A DNA stretch of 64,000 nt, taken from an uncultured Candidatus Saccharibacteria bacterium (GTDB lineage: Bacteria > Patescibacteriota > Minisyncoccia > Phycocordibacterales > UBA918). The notes beneath the pieces were generated by a model. It saw only the letters and a list, made by a program, of their open reading frames with translations, made no database searches and was not told where the DNA came from. Shown one piece after another: positions 19,483-29,725 of this stretch (position 1 is the first letter of the stretch; every line of letters begins with the position of its first letter). The position numbers and the translations under genes were made by a program. The stretch is taken from positions 310,578 to 374,577 of the forward strand of contig CAYGKO010000001.1 of the NCBI GenBank assembly GCA_964350735.1, read 5' to 3'.

Positions 19483-20106
19483 ATGAGTTACAAAATCATC
19501 AAAAAACAACTTCTGGCTTTGATGCTAGGAGTTGTGGTAGGAGTCAGTATGTTTCTGTTTGGACTGAACACGAATCTATCGAATAGTCCTAACGAAGCAG
19601 AGATTGGATTTGCTCAAGACATGAGCGTCCATCACCAGCAAGCAATTGAAATGTCATTCCTCGTCAGAGAACGCACTGACAGACAAGACATTCGAGGGTT
19701 TGCTTTTGACATCATTAACACCCAAGCCAATCAGCGTGGCATGATGCTGGGTTGGTTAGACTTATGGGAAAAACCCCTTACTACTACAAAAAAACCGATG
19801 ATGTGGATGGCCGATAGTATGTCTTCAATGAATCACAGTCAGATGAATGATTCGTTCACTTCAGGAGCATACATGCCTGGCATGGCTACCAAAGCTGAAG
19901 TGGATCAGTTAGTGACACTAGAGGACAAAGCGGCTGAAAAGTTGTTTCTAGAACTCATGATTCGTCACCATCAAGGCGGCGTCATGATGGCAGAAGGTGT
20001 TATTGAGCGTAGCGATACTGAAACCGTGACCCGCTTAGCTCAAACCATGGTTAATGGACAGCAAGCTGAAATTGATTATATGAACGAATTGTTAGAACAA
20101 TATTAA
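19483..20106 (+). CDS. DUF305 family protein (copper/metal-resistance associated)
   Basis: Two His-rich helical repeats, MSVHHQQAIEMS and MIRHHQGGVMMA. Confidence 0.65.
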   Translation: MSYKIIKKQLLALMLGVVVGVSMFLFGLNTNLSNSPNEAEIGFAQDMSVHHQQAIEMSFLVRERTDRQDIRGFAFDIINTQANQRGMMLGWLDLWEKPLTTTKKPMMWMADSMSSMNHSQMNDSFTSGAYMPGMATKAEVDQLVTLEDKAAEKLFLELMIRHHQGGVMMAEGVIERSDTETVTRLAQTMVNGQQAEIDYMNELLEQY

Positions 20107-20116
20107 TTACAATACT

Positions 20117-20776
20117 ATGAAAGAAGTACAAACAAACGAAGAGCCTATTAAACATAGTGACGGAAAAGACCAGCCTTGGCCACCGCGAGCCCAGCAAAAA
20201 CCACTGCTGATTTACGGCGCATTTGCCATTGTTATAGTTTTGGTGATAGGAGTAACTTTGTATACACAAGGTTTAGTCACTGCCGCTAAAGTAAATGGTC
20301 AGTCTATCAGTCGATTAAGTGTCGTTGGTGAGCTGGAAGAACAGGCTGGTGCGGCAGTGCTCGATTCGATGATTTCAGATATTCTGATTGAACAAGCTGC
20401 AACTGAGGCAGGTGTGACGGTGACTGACGATGATGTCGCAACAGAGATTGCGGCTATCGAATCACAGGTTACTGCTCAAGGAGGAACGCTGGAAGAAGTG
20501 TTAGCACAGCAAGGACTAGACAGAGAAAGTCTCGCGGGGCAAATTCGAACGCAAAAAATGCTCGAGTCACTTTTGTCTTCAGATATCGAAGTGACTGAAG
20601 CCGACATCGACGCTTTTTTGGAAGCTAATGGACCAGTACCCGAAGGTCAAGAAGAGGCGGCACGAGCGCAGGTTGCAGAACAGCTTAGAGGGCAAAAGTT
20701 TAGTACAGCAGCGCAAAGCTACGTTACTGGGTTGCGTACGCAGGCTAACATTCAGTATTTCGTTGATTATGAATAG
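20117..20776 (+). CDS. SurA-N-terminal-domain-like periplasmic chaperone (PpiD/SurA family, no obvious PPIase domain)
   Basis: N-terminal TM followed by a helical chaperone-like domain. Confidence 0.4.
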   Translation: MKEVQTNEEPIKHSDGKDQPWPPRAQQKPLLIYGAFAIVIVLVIGVTLYTQGLVTAAKVNGQSISRLSVVGELEEQAGAAVLDSMISDILIEQAATEAGVTVTDDDVATEIAAIESQVTAQGGTLEEVLAQQGLDRESLAGQIRTQKMLESLLSSDIEVTEADIDAFLEANGPVPEGQEEAARAQVAEQLRGQKFSTAAQSYVTGLRTQANIQYFVDYE

Positions 20777-22034
20777 TAGTATGAAATACATAATTTTTAG
20801 CTTCGTTTCTCTTATTCTCGTCGGCGGTGTATTTATAACACTGCACAACTCGGCAGAAACGACTTTCACCTACACTCGTGACAACTCTGAACGTACAACT
20901 GAAGTGAACGTTCAAATAGATGAGCCTTTAGAACAAACCCCTGTTGCTGTTGTTGTACCAACGACGGAAGTGACAGAGATTGAGATTCAACCTGGAGACA
21001 CATTCTCAACCATCATGGAAGAAGTAGCGGTTACCACCGAAGATCAAGATTCCATTCTGACGGCTGTTCAAGATGTGTACGACTTCACTAAACTACAAGC
21101 TGGAAAACTCATACATGTCGTATTTGCTCAAGATGCCCTCGCGTCAGTTGATTACGATCTGAACGATGACAAGAAAATTGTCATCGAAAATGTTGACGGT
21201 CAGTTTATCGCTAAAGAAGAAGCAGTTGAGTATGACGTTACTGAAGTAGTAAGGAGTGCAACAATTGAGTCTTCACTGTTTTATGATGGTGCAAGTGCTG
21301 GGTTGTCGGACAAGACTTTGGTTGAACTAGCTGAAATTTTTCAGTGGGATATAGACTTCAACACTGACATTCAGATTGATGACTCGTTTGTTGTTTTGTA
21401 TGAAGAACGAAAAACAATAGATGGAGTAGAAGCTAGTGCAGGAAAAATCCTTGCGGCTCAGTTCACTAATCAAGGTGAAATGTATGAGGCGTATTACTTT
21501 GAAACATCGAGTAGCACAGGTGGCTACTACGCTGCAAATGGTGAAAGTGTTGAACGTCAGTTCCTAAGCTCACCAATTGGTGTGGGGTATGTTAGTTCTG
21601 GCTTTAGTTATAGTCGACTGAATCCAATTACTAAACGTGTAACTCCGCACCGAGCAATCGACTATGCCGCTCCACACGGTACCCCAATCGTTGCTATTGC
21701 AGATGGAGAGGTGACATTGTCTGGCAGCAGGGGTCCGCTTGGTATTGCGATTGATATCGAGCATGGACAGTATATGAGTCAGTATGCTCACATGTCTCGT
21801 ATTGCCTCTGAAGTGAAGAAAAATCCAGAAGTGAAACAAGGACAAGTCATTGGCTATGTTGGTTCAACTGGTCAATCTACTGGTCCTCATTTGCACTACA
21901 CTCTCTTCAAAGATGGTACTCCTATCAATCCATCTGATGTGGATGTGTCAGTCAGTGAATCGTTGACTGACGTTGAGTTGGACGACTTTCAGACTATCGT
22001 AGAACAATATAGCGTTCAATTGGATGTAGATTAA
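20769..22034 (+). CDS. M23-family metallopeptidase (peptidoglycan endopeptidase), membrane anchored
   Basis: HxxxD and HxH M23 motifs (HRAIDYAAPHGTPI..., GPHLHYTLF). The ATG overlaps the upstream stop (ATGAATAG). Confidence 0.75.
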   Translation: MNSSMKYIIFSFVSLILVGGVFITLHNSAETTFTYTRDNSERTTEVNVQIDEPLEQTPVAVVVPTTEVTEIEIQPGDTFSTIMEEVAVTTEDQDSILTAVQDVYDFTKLQAGKLIHVVFAQDALASVDYDLNDDKKIVIENVDGQFIAKEEAVEYDVTEVVRSATIESSLFYDGASAGLSDKTLVELAEIFQWDIDFNTDIQIDDSFVVLYEERKTIDGVEASAGKILAAQFTNQGEMYEAYYFETSSSTGGYYAANGESVERQFLSSPIGVGYVSSGFSYSRLNPITKRVTPHRAIDYAAPHGTPIVAIADGEVTLSGSRGPLGIAIDIEHGQYMSQYAHMSRIASEVKKNPEVKQGQVIGYVGSTGQSTGPHLHYTLFKDGTPINPSDVDVSVSESLTDVELDDFQTIVEQYSVQLDVD

Positions 22035-22048
22035 AACAATAATTAAAT

Positions 22049-24004
22049 ATGACTGAAAAACACAATAAAAAAGCATCTGTCTGTGATGATTGTGTGGCAG
22101 GAGAAGGCGCAACATCAGCTACAGGTATTCAAGCTGTTTTCTCTCGTACTGGCGCACTTAAAATGCTTACGCCTATTTCAGGCATGTTGCTTGCAGTTGG
22201 CTTTCTAGGTTCATTTTCGTTACCCCAAGAAGGATGGAGTAATCTTTTTTACACACTATCCCTTCTGACTGGCTCCGTCTTTGTCCTACGAAGCGCCATT
22301 AATGGACTCATAAAACAGAGATTCTTAAATATTAGTTTCTTGGTAGTGATTGCCTCTATAGGGGCAATCTATATTGGTGAGTATGGTGAAGCGGCTGCAG
22401 TAGTTTTCCTCTTCTCATTAGCTGAATGGTTTGAGGGTTTTGGAGTTGAGCGGTCGCGTCGAGCCGTTGCATCACTTTTAGAAAAGTCTCCAAAAGTAGC
22501 AAAACTTCTTGATGGCAGCACTGTACCGGTTGAGGACGTTACTGTAGGTGCCATTGTGGTGGTGCGTCCAGGAGAGATGGTTCCGCTTGATGGGGTCGTG
22601 AAGAAAGGTGAATCAGCGGTAGATGAGGCGGCAATTACTGGAGAATCAATACCGGTTGATAAACTACCTGAGGACACCGTGTTTGCGGGCACACTGAACG
22701 TACAAGGGTACTTAGAAGTTAGGGTTGAAAAAGAAAGTGAAGACTCTACGTTTTCCCGTATCATCGCCCTGATCGAAGAAGCGCAGGCATCGCGTGCACC
22801 AACCCAAGCCTTTATTGATAGATTCGCTCGGTACTATACGCCTTTAGTTGTGGTGATTTCAGTTTTGGTGGCAGCTATTCCAACGCTCGTTTTTGGCTTA
22901 CCGTTTGATGACTGGCTCTATCGAGCGATTACTCTTTTGGTGATTGCTTGTCCGTGTGCCTTGGTTATTGCAACCCCAGTAGCAATAGCCTCATCTATTG
23001 GTGGAGCGTCACGCAATGGCATCTTGATAAAAGGTGGAAAGTATCTTGAGAAATTGGCAAAAGTAAAAGCGATTGCGTTTGATAAGACACGTACACTCAC
23101 ATATGGACGACATACAGTTACTGACGTTCTGGTGTTTGGCTCACATACAGAAGAGGAAGTGATCGCTGATGCCGCTGGCATTGAAGCGTTTTCTTCACAT
23201 CCCTTGGCTGAGGCGATTATCGAATACGCCAAAGAGAAGAAAATTACACCGCATAGCATGGACTCCTATCAGAATGTTGCTGGCAAAGGAGGTAAGGCTC
23301 GGTGTTTAGTGTGCAAAGCCAGTAGTCATATTGGCAATGTAAAACTAATGAATGAAAACGGTATTGACACCAAGGTCTTTTTGGCTGATGTGGAGCGACT
23401 CGAAAGAGAAGGTAAAACAGTTGTGTTAGTGGCAGAAGAAAAGGAACTGATTGGTGCCTTGGCTATTTCTGATGCAGTCCGCAGCGAAGCCAAAGACGTG
23501 GTGGTGGAACTAAGGAATACTGGAGTGGAAAGTGTCATGCTCACCGGCGATAATGCACACAGTGCGGCGTACATTGCTGGATTAGTTGGCATTAATGATG
23601 TCCATGCGTCACTCTTGCCTGAAGATAAGGTAGTTAAGGTAAAAGAACTTAAAGCCAAATATGGTCCGACTGCCATGATTGGTGACGGAGTGAACGACGC
23701 GCCGTCTTTGGTCACATCTGACGTCGGGTTTGCCATTGGCGCCGGAGGAACGGATGCTGCAATTGAGTCTTCTGACATAACACTTCTGTCAGGTGATTTG
23801 AGAACCGTACCCCAGTCAATTCGACTGGCAAAAGCAACCATGCGGACTATCCATGTCAACGTGGCTTTGGCACTTGGCATCAAAGTGCTGTTCCTGATTT
23901 TGGTGCCATTTGGACTGACTAATCTTGTGTTTGCCATTGCGGCCGATTCAGGTATGGCGATCGTGGTTATCCTCAATAGTCTGCGATTATTTTCTATTAA
24001 GTAA
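22049..24004 (+). CDS. P1B-type heavy-metal translocating ATPase (CopA/ZntA-like) with an atypical DKTRT phosphorylation motif
   Basis: CPC ion-transduction motif (ACPCALVIATP), SSHPLAEAI, MLTGDN, GDGVNDAPSL. The invariant DKTGT reads DKTRT (gat aag aca cgt aca). Confidence 0.8.
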   Translation: MTEKHNKKASVCDDCVAGEGATSATGIQAVFSRTGALKMLTPISGMLLAVGFLGSFSLPQEGWSNLFYTLSLLTGSVFVLRSAINGLIKQRFLNISFLVVIASIGAIYIGEYGEAAAVVFLFSLAEWFEGFGVERSRRAVASLLEKSPKVAKLLDGSTVPVEDVTVGAIVVVRPGEMVPLDGVVKKGESAVDEAAITGESIPVDKLPEDTVFAGTLNVQGYLEVRVEKESEDSTFSRIIALIEEAQASRAPTQAFIDRFARYYTPLVVVISVLVAAIPTLVFGLPFDDWLYRAITLLVIACPCALVIATPVAIASSIGGASRNGILIKGGKYLEKLAKVKAIAFDKTRTLTYGRHTVTDVLVFGSHTEEEVIADAAGIEAFSSHPLAEAIIEYAKEKKITPHSMDSYQNVAGKGGKARCLVCKASSHIGNVKLMNENGIDTKVFLADVERLEREGKTVVLVAEEKELIGALAISDAVRSEAKDVVVELRNTGVESVMLTGDNAHSAAYIAGLVGINDVHASLLPEDKVVKVKELKAKYGPTAMIGDGVNDAPSLVTSDVGFAIGAGGTDAAIESSDITLLSGDLRTVPQSIRLAKATMRTIHVNVALALGIKVLFLILVPFGLTNLVFAIAADSGMAIVVILNSLRLFSIK

Positions 24005-24015
24005 TAAAGTCTGAT

Positions 24016-24306
24016 ATGAAAAAAGAAGAATTTGAACAAACACTACAAAATGAACCCAACGTCCTTATTCTAGATATACGGCAAGCTGAAGAGGTCTGGA
24101 AAGATAGTAGTATTCCCAATACAAAACACATGCCAATGGGTAAAGTATTCACCGAAGCGGTAAAAGACAACTTACCTAAAGACAAACGCATTATTGTATT
24201 TTGTAGAACTGGGGTACGGGCGGGTATTGTTGCTCGCGAACTAAGTAGTCGTGGATATGATATCGAGGGCTTAGAAGGCGGTCTAGAGGCTCTGAAGAGT
24301 GAATAA
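24016..24306 (+). CDS. Rhodanese-domain protein
   Basis: Active-site loop CRTGVRAG. Confidence 0.75.
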   Translation: MKKEEFEQTLQNEPNVLILDIRQAEEVWKDSSIPNTKHMPMGKVFTEAVKDNLPKDKRIIVFCRTGVRAGIVARELSSRGYDIEGLEGGLEALKSE

Positions 24307-24312
24307 TCAGCT

Positions 24313-24801
24313 ATGTTAGATCTCGTATCAATTTTCTTAGCAACTAAGCTGCATATCGTCGTTATTTTGATAGCGTTGGTAGCTATTGCATTCGCTTCAG
24401 ACTTTCAGCGCTTACGGACACTTGTGCTGGCATCCATTGCTCTGCCGTTAGTATTTTTAACTAGTCGAATTGCTTCACTTTTCTTTGAAAACCCTCGGCC
24501 ATTTCTGGAGCACGATTTTGTACCACTGATAACGCACGCGGCTGACAATGGATTCCCTTCAGATCATGCCTTATTGGTATTTGCGGTTGCTAGTATCGTA
24601 TTCACTTTTAACAAACAGGTTGGAATAAGCTTGTTTGTCTTAGCTGTTTTGGTTGGAGTTGGTCGGGTACTGGTTGGAGTGCATCACGTCATTGATATTG
24701 TGGGAAGTTTTATAATAGCTGCGGTAATTACTTATATGATTGTAGCTATACTACAAATGTTCTTAAATCAAACAAGCCCAAATGATACAAGGATTTTATA
24801 A
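24313..24801 (+). CDS. PAP2-family membrane phosphatase (undecaprenyl-diphosphatase-like)
   Basis: PSDHA and GVHHVID PAP2 motifs. Confidence 0.7.
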   Translation: MLDLVSIFLATKLHIVVILIALVAIAFASDFQRLRTLVLASIALPLVFLTSRIASLFFENPRPFLEHDFVPLITHAADNGFPSDHALLVFAVASIVFTFNKQVGISLFVLAVLVGVGRVLVGVHHVIDIVGSFIIAAVITYMIVAILQMFLNQTSPNDTRIL

Positions 24802-24833
24802 ACTGCTTACGTTTGGTCAAATAGTTATATATT

Positions 24834-26312
24834 ATGACGTTGAGTAATCATTGGTTAATACAATCTACTTTAGTCGGTTTGTTGCTTGGGGCAGGATTCG
24901 TGATTCCATCGTTATGGTTTCTAAGTATCGTTGGGGTAGCTTGGCTAATTCATCAGATGATCAAAGATGGTGCGCTGGTGACTGTAGGCTTTGTTTGGGT
25001 AGCTTGGTTAGTAAAGTATCTCTTGGCCTTGGGCTGGTTCTGGTCTGTATATCCAATTTATTGGCTAGAGACATCAGTTATTACAGAGGCACTAATTATT
25101 GGTTTTTATTGGGTCACGGCATCTCTGTGGCTGTCTGTTGGAGGTTTAGTATTTTATTTCATTTTAAAAAATCTAAAGCAGTTTCTCTCAAGAAAAATTG
25201 TTTTGGGAATAGCTCCGTTCATCTGGCTTCTGTCAGAACTAATAGGGGCATTATTTTTCTCAATTGCAACGATTGGTCCAGGAGGTACAGTTACAACAAA
25301 ATTTAGTTTCGGCTTTATCGGGTATCATCTAGCTCAGCATGACTTGTTGATTCAATTTGCAGTAGTTGCTGGCGTGTATGGTTTAACACTGCTTTTGCTT
25401 GGGCTTTCAGTGATTTTTATATATGGATGGCAAGCTAATTACAGAAAAACTGTTTACGGAGTATTTTTCGTACTACTTGCTTCAAGTTTTATTGGATTAC
25501 CACAAACAACGACTTTTCAAAAAGAAGATCAGATTAGTATTGTGATGGTTGATACCTGGTACCCAAACAATGGATGGGCGTCTGATGAAGATCTTAAAGA
25601 AAAACGAGATCAAAACAGAGCTGCGCTGGATGTTGCCCTTACCCAGAAGGCTGATTACATTATCTTTCCAGAAGATAGTCAGGTATTTGATCAGACTGTA
25701 CCTAGTAGTACATTGCGGGCAATGCTACAGTTTGTATACGGCAGGTCTAGCTCGGTGATAATTGATAGTAGTAGCGTGCCAGTTGAAGGCGGACTCGCTG
25801 TACAAGCAATGGTATTTGATCCTAATTCAGCTGGACTGGAGCAAACACAGAAACAATATCTTGTACCCCAAGGAGAGTACATACCAACACTATATGCTGG
25901 TTTGATGAGGTTGTTTGGGTTTGGTGAGACGGTTGATTTTTTAGAGATGCGTATGAGATATCGGGTTGGCGATATTACTTCAACTAATAGTAATTCATTG
26001 CTTCCACCAGTATTATTTTGTTTCGAAAGTGTCGCACCAAACAGCGTCCGTTCGCTGTTGCAACAACGATCAGAACCGGTTCCGTTTGTGGCTCATATTG
26101 TCTCGCACAGTTGGTTTAATGAACCTGAGATATTGTGGCAGCAATTAGAATCGATGCTGCGTATACAAGCGATTTGGAATGATACACACATAGCCGTAGC
26201 TGGGAATCACTCTTTGGGATACGTTGTTGACCCCAAAGGCTTTATAATTGAGCCTGATGTCATTGATTCAGCTGACTATTGGCAAGTTGGTGTAGTGACT
26301 ATTCCAAAATAA
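24834..26312 (+). CDS. Apolipoprotein N-acyltransferase (Lnt)-like: N-terminal multi-TM domain plus C-terminal carbon-nitrogen hydrolase domain
   Basis: CN-hydrolase catalytic segments YIIFPE...K...FCFESV. Confidence 0.55.
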   Translation: MTLSNHWLIQSTLVGLLLGAGFVIPSLWFLSIVGVAWLIHQMIKDGALVTVGFVWVAWLVKYLLALGWFWSVYPIYWLETSVITEALIIGFYWVTASLWLSVGGLVFYFILKNLKQFLSRKIVLGIAPFIWLLSELIGALFFSIATIGPGGTVTTKFSFGFIGYHLAQHDLLIQFAVVAGVYGLTLLLLGLSVIFIYGWQANYRKTVYGVFFVLLASSFIGLPQTTTFQKEDQISIVMVDTWYPNNGWASDEDLKEKRDQNRAALDVALTQKADYIIFPEDSQVFDQTVPSSTLRAMLQFVYGRSSSVIIDSSSVPVEGGLAVQAMVFDPNSAGLEQTQKQYLVPQGEYIPTLYAGLMRLFGFGETVDFLEMRMRYRVGDITSTNSNSLLPPVLFCFESVAPNSVRSLLQQRSEPVPFVAHIVSHSWFNEPEILWQQLESMLRIQAIWNDTHIAVAGNHSLGYVVDPKGFIIEPDVIDSADYWQVGVVTIPK

Positions 26313-26480
26313 ATGATTATGCGTACTGCATCACAAAAAAAGAAACTTCCAGGTGTGAAATCAGCTTATTTGTGTAATGGAACTTTAAATGGTACAAATA
26401 GTTTATTGCAAGTTTCCTCCGTACTCTTTACCTCAAACACTCTCTCCGAGGTACTTAAAAATTTAATATAAAAATATAAT

Positions 26481-27299
26481 ATGATCGAATGGTTTTTAGC
26501 TTTGGGTCCTGTGACTCAAGCGCTCTTGGCAGGTTGTTTTACCTGGTTTATTACTGCACTTGGTGCTTCAGGAGTAATTTTTTTTAAAGAAATTAACAAA
26601 AAAGTTTTAAACGGAATGCTGGCTTTTGCAGCAGGAGTAATGATTGCGGCCAGTTTCTGGTCGTTACTTTCTCCAGCAATTGAATTATCAGAAGGCGGTG
26701 CGCTACCTAAATGGCTACCTCCATTAATAGGATTCTTACTCGGTGCTGGTACCTTGTGGCTAATGGATAAGGTTATACCGCACCTACATCTCGGTGCTCC
26801 GATGTCTGAAGTTGAAGGAGTGAAAACCTCTTGGCATCGAAGTGTGCTTCTAGTGTCATCAATTACGCTTCATAACATCCCTGAAGGATTAGCGATTGGT
26901 GTTGCATTCGGGGCAGCGGCAGCGGGTATTGAGGGAGCAACTGTTGCAGCCGCTATTGCCTTGGCTGTTGGTATTGGAATTCAGAATTTTCCAGAAGGGG
27001 CAGCCGTTTCAGTTCCATTAAGACGAGAAGGATTCACTCGTTTCAAAGCATTTCTGTACGGTCAGTCATCAGGAATGGTTGAACCAGTTTCAGCAGTGTT
27101 AGGTGCTGCATTAGTTTTGATGTTTGCACCAGTTTTGCCGTATGCTTTATCTTTCGCAGCAGGAGCAATGATGTTTGTAGTTGTAGAAGAGCTGATTCCT
27201 GAATCACAACGTGGTGGTCCAGGTATGGCAGATTTTGCCACAGTCGGAGCGATGATCGGTTTTGCAGTTATGATGTCGTTAGACGTAGCTTTAGGTTAA
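26481..27299 (+). CDS. ZIP-family metal transporter (ZupT-like)
   Basis: [10 protein letters not shown] signature in eight TM helices. Confidence 0.85.
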   Translation: MIEWFLALGPVTQALLAGCFTWFITALGASGVIFFKEINKKVLNGMLAFAAGVMIAASFWSLLSPAIELSEGGALPKWLPPLIGFLLGAGTLWLMDKVIPHLHLGAPMSEVEGVKTSWHRSVLLVSSITLHNIPEGLAIGVAFGAAAAGIEGATVAAAIALAVGIGIQNFPEGAAVSVPLRREGFTRFKAFLYGQSSGMVEPVSAVLGAALVLMFAPVLPYALSFAAGAMMFVVVEELIPESQRGGPGMADFATVGAMIGFAVMMSLDVALG

Positions 27300-27307
27300 A
27301 ATATAAT

Positions 27308-28204
27308 ATGTCAGGACATCATCATCACGGACACCACCACCAAGGTGACAGAAAGGGCAATATTTTGTTTGCTGCTATCTTAAATTTTACTTTTGTCATT
27401 ATTGAAGTAATCGGAGGTATTCTTACCAATAGTGTCGCCATTCTATCCGATGCTTTGCATGACTTCGGAGACAGTATAGCGCTCTTTTCTGCGTACTTCG
27501 CAGAAAAACAAGCTGAACGTTCACCTGATAAGAAGCGTACGTTTGGATATGCTCGCATATCTGTTTTCTCAGCCCTGTTCAGTGCAGTGATTTTAATTGT
27601 TGGTTCAATCTTCATTCTGAGTGAAGCAGTGCAGCGACTATTTAGCCCAGAGCCAGTGCATGCCACAGGAATGATTTTGTTAGCAGTGTTTGGAGTGAGC
27701 GTAAATCTAGTGGCATTTTTCAGATTGAGTAAGGGCTTGAGTGCTAACGAAAAAGTATTGTCGTGGCACTTACTTGAAGACGTAATTGGTTGGGCTGCTG
27801 TACTGGTTGGAGCAATCATCATTTACTTCACCGATTTCTATATCATTGATCCGATATTGACGGTTGGATACACCCTCTTCATTCTTTGGGGTGTTTGGGG
27901 AGGTCTTAAGAATGTTATGAATATCTTAATGCAGGGTACACCAGCGGAAGTTGATATTGAAAAAATAAAACAAGAAATCTTGAATATCGACGAGGTACAG
28001 GCAGTGCACGACATTCATGTTTGGTCGCTTGATGGAGAGCACAATGTTTTAACTTGTCATGTAGTTCTTAAGAACTGTACTGTCGCTGAGACTAAGCGGG
28101 TAAAAGAGAATATCGAAGAACATATGAAAGCATTTCATATCAACCACACGACAATCGAATGTGAAGTTGACGGAGAGTGCGTTGGAAAAGATTGTATTAA
28201 TTAA
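27308..28204 (+). CDS. Cation diffusion facilitator (CzcD-like Zn/Co/Cd efflux)
   Basis: His-rich N-terminus (HHHGHHHQGD), six TM helices with the HDFGDS motif, and a C-terminal cytoplasmic domain. Confidence 0.85.
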   Translation: MSGHHHHGHHHQGDRKGNILFAAILNFTFVIIEVIGGILTNSVAILSDALHDFGDSIALFSAYFAEKQAERSPDKKRTFGYARISVFSALFSAVILIVGSIFILSEAVQRLFSPEPVHATGMILLAVFGVSVNLVAFFRLSKGLSANEKVLSWHLLEDVIGWAAVLVGAIIIYFTDFYIIDPILTVGYTLFILWGVWGGLKNVMNILMQGTPAEVDIEKIKQEILNIDEVQAVHDIHVWSLDGEHNVLTCHVVLKNCTVAETKRVKENIEEHMKAFHINHTTIECEVDGECVGKDCIN

Positions 28205-28653
28205 TCTAATTCTTTAATCAACTCTCTCATCTCAGCAATCTCACGTTCTTGTGCGGCGATAATTTCGTCAGCTAAGGCGCGGACTCTTGGGTCTTCGAGC
28301 TGTGCACGTTCACTAGTAAGAATGGCAATGGAATGATGTGGAATCATCGCTTCAAGATAATCGACGTCGTCTACTAGCACTTGACTCCTAACTAGAAAGA
28401 GAGATAAGGCAAATAGAGCAACGCTACCACCAACGATATAACGATTCGTGGCTTTGTCGTTATACATATGTCGCATGAACCACAACATGACCAGTGCCAT
28501 GGCGGATGTCATTATCAAGTTCATATAAAGTCGCGTCTCACTAAAAAAGACATGGTCAAAAGCGTATGTATGTAAGTACATGAGGATATACATAAGTACC
28601 GATGATGTTGCAATCATGGCAAAGAATGTTTGGTATGAAGTTTTGTTTTGCAT
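28201..28653 (-). CDS. DUF305-like membrane protein
   Basis: MIPHHSIAI...REIAEMRE pattern. It is the second DUF305 in the island. Confidence 0.55.
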   Translation of the reverse strand: MQNKTSYQTFFAMIATSSVLMYILMYLHTYAFDHVFFSETRLYMNLIMTSAMALVMLWFMRHMYNDKATNRYIVGGSVALFALSLFLVRSQVLVDDVDYLEAMIPHHSIAILTSERAQLEDPRVRALADEIIAAQEREIAEMRELIKELD

Positions 28654-28700
28654 ATTTAACTATTTACACTGACACCCCCCTAGGGTATCATACTCAAACT

Positions 28701-28970
28701 ATGAAATCAGCTGTATCAAACAAAATCATCCGCCAACTTAGTGTCATTGAAGGTCAAGTTAGAGGTCTTAAGAAGATGGTTGAAGACGACAAGTACTGCA
28801 TTGATGTCATTACCCAAGCGTCAGCCATCCGTAATTCTCTTAGTTCAGTCGAAGAGAAAATGCTTGAAAACCACCTTAATACCTGTGCTGTTACTCAAAT
28901 GAAAGGCAAAAAACAAGATCAGGCAGTGAGTGAGATTTTGAAGGTTTATAAACTAGCAAAGCGAAAATAA
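28701..28970 (+). CDS. CsoR/RcnR-family metal-sensing transcriptional repressor
   Basis: IEGQVRGLKKMVEDDKYCIDVITQ...HLNTC conserved helix with Cys/His ligands. The start is set to the ATG at 28701. Confidence 0.8.
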   Translation: MKSAVSNKIIRQLSVIEGQVRGLKKMVEDDKYCIDVITQASAIRNSLSSVEEKMLENHLNTCAVTQMKGKKQDQAVSEILKVYKLAKRK

Positions 28971-28971
28971 T

Positions 28972-29718
28972 ATGGTTGATACAAAACAAGCAGTAGTGTA
29001 TCGAATGGTAATGCCGGGCCACACCTGTCCTTATGGTGTTAAGTCGCTATACCTACTAAGTAAGCATGGCTATGAGACAGAAGATAATCATCTAACTACT
29101 CGCGAAGAAACTGACGCTTTTAAAGCGAAGCACAGCGTAGAAACCACCCCACAAACATTTGTTAATGGTGAACGTATAGGTGGATATACCGAGTTACGCA
29201 AGCATTTTGGCTACTCTGTTTTAGAACCAGGAGACACCACCTATAAACCAGTGGTTGCTATCTTTTCTGTTGCGGCATTACTAGCTGTGGCGGTCGGCTT
29301 TCTTACTGGCTGGCAGTATGGCTATCTCATGACAATTCCTCACTTCATATCAATTGCTATGGTGCTGTTGGCACTCATGAAACTACGAGATGTGGAAGGA
29401 TTTTCTACAATGTTCCTTAACTATGACGTGCTGGCTAAGCGTTGGGTGTCGTATGGCTATATCTACCCCTACGCAGAACTCACGGCTGGCTTACTTATGT
29501 TTGCTGGCATACTATCGGCCGTTTCAATCCCGCTAGCATTGTTTATTGGTGGTATCGGCGCTTGGTCTGTATTCAAAGCTGTATATATAGAAAAACGTGA
29601 ACTTAAATGTGCGTGTGTTGGTGGCGACACAAACGTACCGCTTGGGTTTGTATCACTAACGGAAAACTTGATGATGATTGGAATGGCAGTGTGGATGCTA
29701 ACGATGTTACTTTTTTAG
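28972..29718 (+). CDS. Glutaredoxin-like domain fused to a MauE/DoxX-like membrane domain
   Basis: N-terminal thioredoxin-fold GHTCPYG, then four TM helices. Confidence 0.55.
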   Translation: MVDTKQAVVYRMVMPGHTCPYGVKSLYLLSKHGYETEDNHLTTREETDAFKAKHSVETTPQTFVNGERIGGYTELRKHFGYSVLEPGDTTYKPVVAIFSVAALLAVAVGFLTGWQYGYLMTIPHFISIAMVLLALMKLRDVEGFSTMFLNYDVLAKRWVSYGYIYPYAELTAGLLMFAGILSAVSIPLALFIGGIGAWSVFKAVYIEKRELKCACVGGDTNVPLGFVSLTENLMMIGMAVWMLTMLLF

Positions 29719-29725
29719 ATTAAAC

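Noticed and set aside
22369-24039. Antisense ORFs (22369-22764 -, 22918-23259 -, 23326-24039 -) inside the P-type ATPase gene
   Set aside because: Shadow ORFs. The ATPase frame carries all the conserved motifs.
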